Below are positions 47,539 through 64,000 of a stretch of 64,000 bases of DNA, one piece after another. How positions within the stretch are numbered: the stretch's first letter is position 1; each line of letters begins with the position of its first letter. Both the position numbers and the translations under genes were made by a program. The notes under the pieces were generated by a model that did no database searches, was not told where the DNA came from, and was given only the letters and a program-made list of their open reading frames with translations. The DNA lies in the NCBI RefSeq assembly GCF_009834535.1, contig NC_045697.1, forward strand, positions 34,598,001 through 34,662,000, read 5' to 3'. The stretch comes from Camelus ferus (taxonomy: Eukaryota).

Positions 47539-47544
47539 TTTATT
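47539..47544 (-). promoter_or_regulatory. Candidate TXK polyadenylation signal
   Basis: First AATAAA I found on the minus strand, ~415 nt after the TXK stop; the real 3' end may be further downstream. Confidence 0.3.
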
Positions 47545-47957
47545 TTCATCTTCTGTGCATGGGCCATCAAAGAAAAGAATGTCACTCTTCTTCAGGAAAG
47601 AAATGTCCTCAGACCCTTCCTCAGTAAAGGATGAGGTTTTCACGTGCCCTCAGGGGGCCTCGGGGCTGTTCTCACGAAGAGTAGCCAGTTTGAAGGCCGC
47701 TATGGAGTATTTTTCCTTCCTTCTGACGCAAAGAATATTACAGAAAAATCAGAGCTTCGAAGTCTCTGTCAAATATGCATGTAGAAAAATTGTCAGAATA
47801 TGCTTAAACTTTAAAAAGTTTGAAAAGTCTATGATCTTTGCGCTGTTTCTGAGAGTCAGTGCGTCTAAAGGAAAACATTCACCATTAGCCAGCCACACAG
47901 GGTAACCCTGTGTGACAATCTTGCCCGACGACGCCCTGGGTCGGCATTCCGTCCAGG

Positions 47958-61661
<13,704 letters not shown>

Positions 61662-62701
61662 TTACAAGCAGGGGAAACATGTTAAATTTTTAGAGCTAGA
61701 AAAGATTTAGGAGTTATCTAGACCTATTCTCCTACAAAGAGGTTTAAAAAAATTTATAAATGAGTGGAAGAGACCTGTCACCATTTTAAATACCCTCATT
61801 GTGACTTTAAAGTGTAATTCCAGAATTCAAGTTTAAAAATACAAACTTTAGTTCCTTGGAGAGAAATTATAGGTATCAAAACATGCTTTTTTTCCTGAGA
61901 TGCCCAGGATGAATCACAGTTCTGTGCCTTTCTAAACTAAGCCTACCAAAACTAGACCTGGGACCTACAATATGTGTGTCCCCAGTCCATTTATGTCCTG
62001 CTGAGTAAACTTGTGACACAGAGAACATTTGGGCTCCCCTGTCTCAGTTTCTTTTATTGTTCCTCTGCCCACTCCCACCCCTAAAGGGGTTTTTCTGCCC
62101 TTTCTCCTTTGCAAAAAGTCTAATCAATGTATCTAATAAACATTTCCAATATTAAGGTTCTAATCCATATTTAAATGTATGTTTGCAATGAGATTTGCAT
62201 TACTGAATATTTCTCATTCAATAGATATAAATCAGAATAAAAAAAGCAAAAGAAAGAACTGTTTTTAAATTCACCCTCTGGAAAACTCTTGAAAATCAAA
62301 TCTTAACTTTTTAAGTATCTCCTTTTATATAGCAACACCACCATCTGCTGGACATTTAGAATAATGCATTTAAAAGAGTTGTAAGGGCTTATTGTCATTT
62401 TTTCCAGCTTTTCTTTCTTCCTTTTTTTTAAAAATTTCATTATTTATTTATTTAAATAATTTACTGAGGTGAAGTTCACAATCTAGAAATTAACCATTTA
62501 AAAATAAACAATTCAGTGGCATTCAGTACATTCACAATGTTGTGCAAACACCACCTCTGTCTAGTTCCAAAACATTCCCATCACCCAAAATAAAATCTCT
62601 TACATATTGAGCACTTTCTCTCTATTGACACCCTCCTCCCAGCCCCTAGTAATCACCAAAATGCATTCTCTTTCTTTGGATTTATCTGCTCTGGATATTT
62701 C

Positions 62702-62989
62702 TTTTTTTTTTTTTTAAATTTACATATATATATACTGTTCATTGTTTCCAAGAACAGTTTAGAGCTTTAGCTTTTTAAACTTACATAGTTATCAAAGGAA
62801 TAACGCCAACCACAAAATAAGAATTAACATAATGCAATAATCCAATCATAAAGGACAGTCAAATGTGCTTACACACATACAAGAAATCAGTTATCTAAGT
62901 TATAAATAGTAAGTAGTTCATTTGTGTTCTTTTCTTTAAGATTCCACAGATAAGTGATATCATGTGGCATTTTTCTTTCTCTTTCTGGC
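62702..62989 (-). mobile_element. L1 3' end, same subfamily as the 1125-1668 insertion; abuts an L1MB-like fragment (~62455-62701)
   Basis: Its reverse complement matches 1336-1540 (taactatgtaagtttaaaaagctaaagctctaaactgtt...gaaacaatgaacagta) joined directly to the ORF2 end. Confidence 0.8.
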
Positions 62990-63009
62990 CTAATAGGTGT
63001 GTTTTGAAA

Positions 63010-63965
63010 GTAACACAGGAGAAAATATACGTGACTTTGAGGTGGCATAGATTTATTCAACAAGTTATAACCATAAAGGAAAATATTGATAAATTATACT
63101 TCAAAAAATCCTATTTATTAAATACACCCCGTTAAGGGAATGAAAAAGTAAGCCACAAACTGGGAGAAGATGTTTTTTACAACACAAAACCAACAAAGGG
63201 TTCCTAGTCGAAATAAGAATAAATCAATTAGGAAAAGGCAGATAATCCTATTTTTTAAGAGTTAAAAAAAAAAACTTGGAAAAGAGGGTAGAGTATAGCT
63301 CAGTGGTAAAGTATGTGCTTAGCATGCACGAGATCCTGGGTTCAATCCCCAGTACCTCTATTTAAAATACACACACACATATATATACACACACACACAT
63401 ATATATAATTAAACCTAATTACCTCCCTGCCACAGAAATAATTAATTTTTAAAATAATTTTGAAAAAACTTGAATAGAGTATTCTCTCACAAAAGAGAAT
63501 ACCTGAATGGCCACTGAACGTATGAAAAGTTGATCAACATAATTAGCCATCAAGGGAAGGCATATTTAAACCAAAATGGGATACCACTACACATGTGCCA
63601 GACTGGCTCAAATGAAAACCAAAAGCAAAACCAAACCAAACAAAACCCACAAGAATACAACAACTGGCTGAGGGCAGAGGCAGAGCAGCTAGAACTCTTA
63701 GGCACTGTTGACTGAAGTGTAATTTCATACAAGCTCTTTAGGAAACTGACTAAATCTGAGCATGTACACACTCTATGACCCAGTAGTTCTACTTTTAAGT
63801 GTATATCCAACATTGTGGGGGCACAAGTGTGTATTATACTTTATCAAACACAAACAAGAATGTTCATAATAATATTATTTAGAAGAGCCAAAAAAATTGC
63901 TTACAACCAAGACGGCCATCTAAAGAAGGATGGGCAAATCAACTGTGGTGTGGTCATGCAGTGTA
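63010..63965 (+). mobile_element. Old L1M fragment containing a tRNA-derived SINE (~63284-63465)
   Basis: aatgaaaaagtaagccacaaactgggagaagat (L1); gtatagctcagtggtaaagtatgtgcttagcatgcacgagatcctgggttcaatccccagtacc (SINE) with aaaaaacttg flanks. Confidence 0.75.
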
Positions 63966-64000
63966 GCAGTGAACCACAATGCCGATGAAACAGCCACCCC

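Noticed and set aside
47375..47905. 176-aa + strand ORF
   Set aside because: Antisense to the TXK 3' UTR with no recognisable domain or splice context; treated as chance.

Overview
Mammalian genomic DNA, most likely camelid (inferred from tRNA-derived SINE copies and cetartiodactyl-type L1 3' ends). The window holds two convergent genes. NIPAL1 (NIPA-family Mg2+ transporter) is on the + strand: six coding exons at 9764-29658, a CpG-island promoter and a long 3' UTR. The last six exons of TXK (Tec-family tyrosine kinase, kinase domain) are on the - strand at 61639-47958, with an intact frame; the gene's 5' part lies beyond the window. The main anomaly is one extra base in NIPAL1 exon 2 (~17581). 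It shifts the frame and gives a premature TAG at 17768-17770, while every other exon and splice site is intact, so it is either a sequencing/assembly error or a recent loss-of-function allele. The rest is typical repeat-rich intron and intergenic DNA: L1, L2, MIR, solo ERV LTRs, hAT/mariner MITEs and tRNA-SINEs. It includes a twin-primed (5'-inverted) L1 insertion whose structure is resolved by a second copy in the same window. I found no convincing evidence of a new protein-coding system. Repeat family names are from recalled consensus sequences and are approximate.
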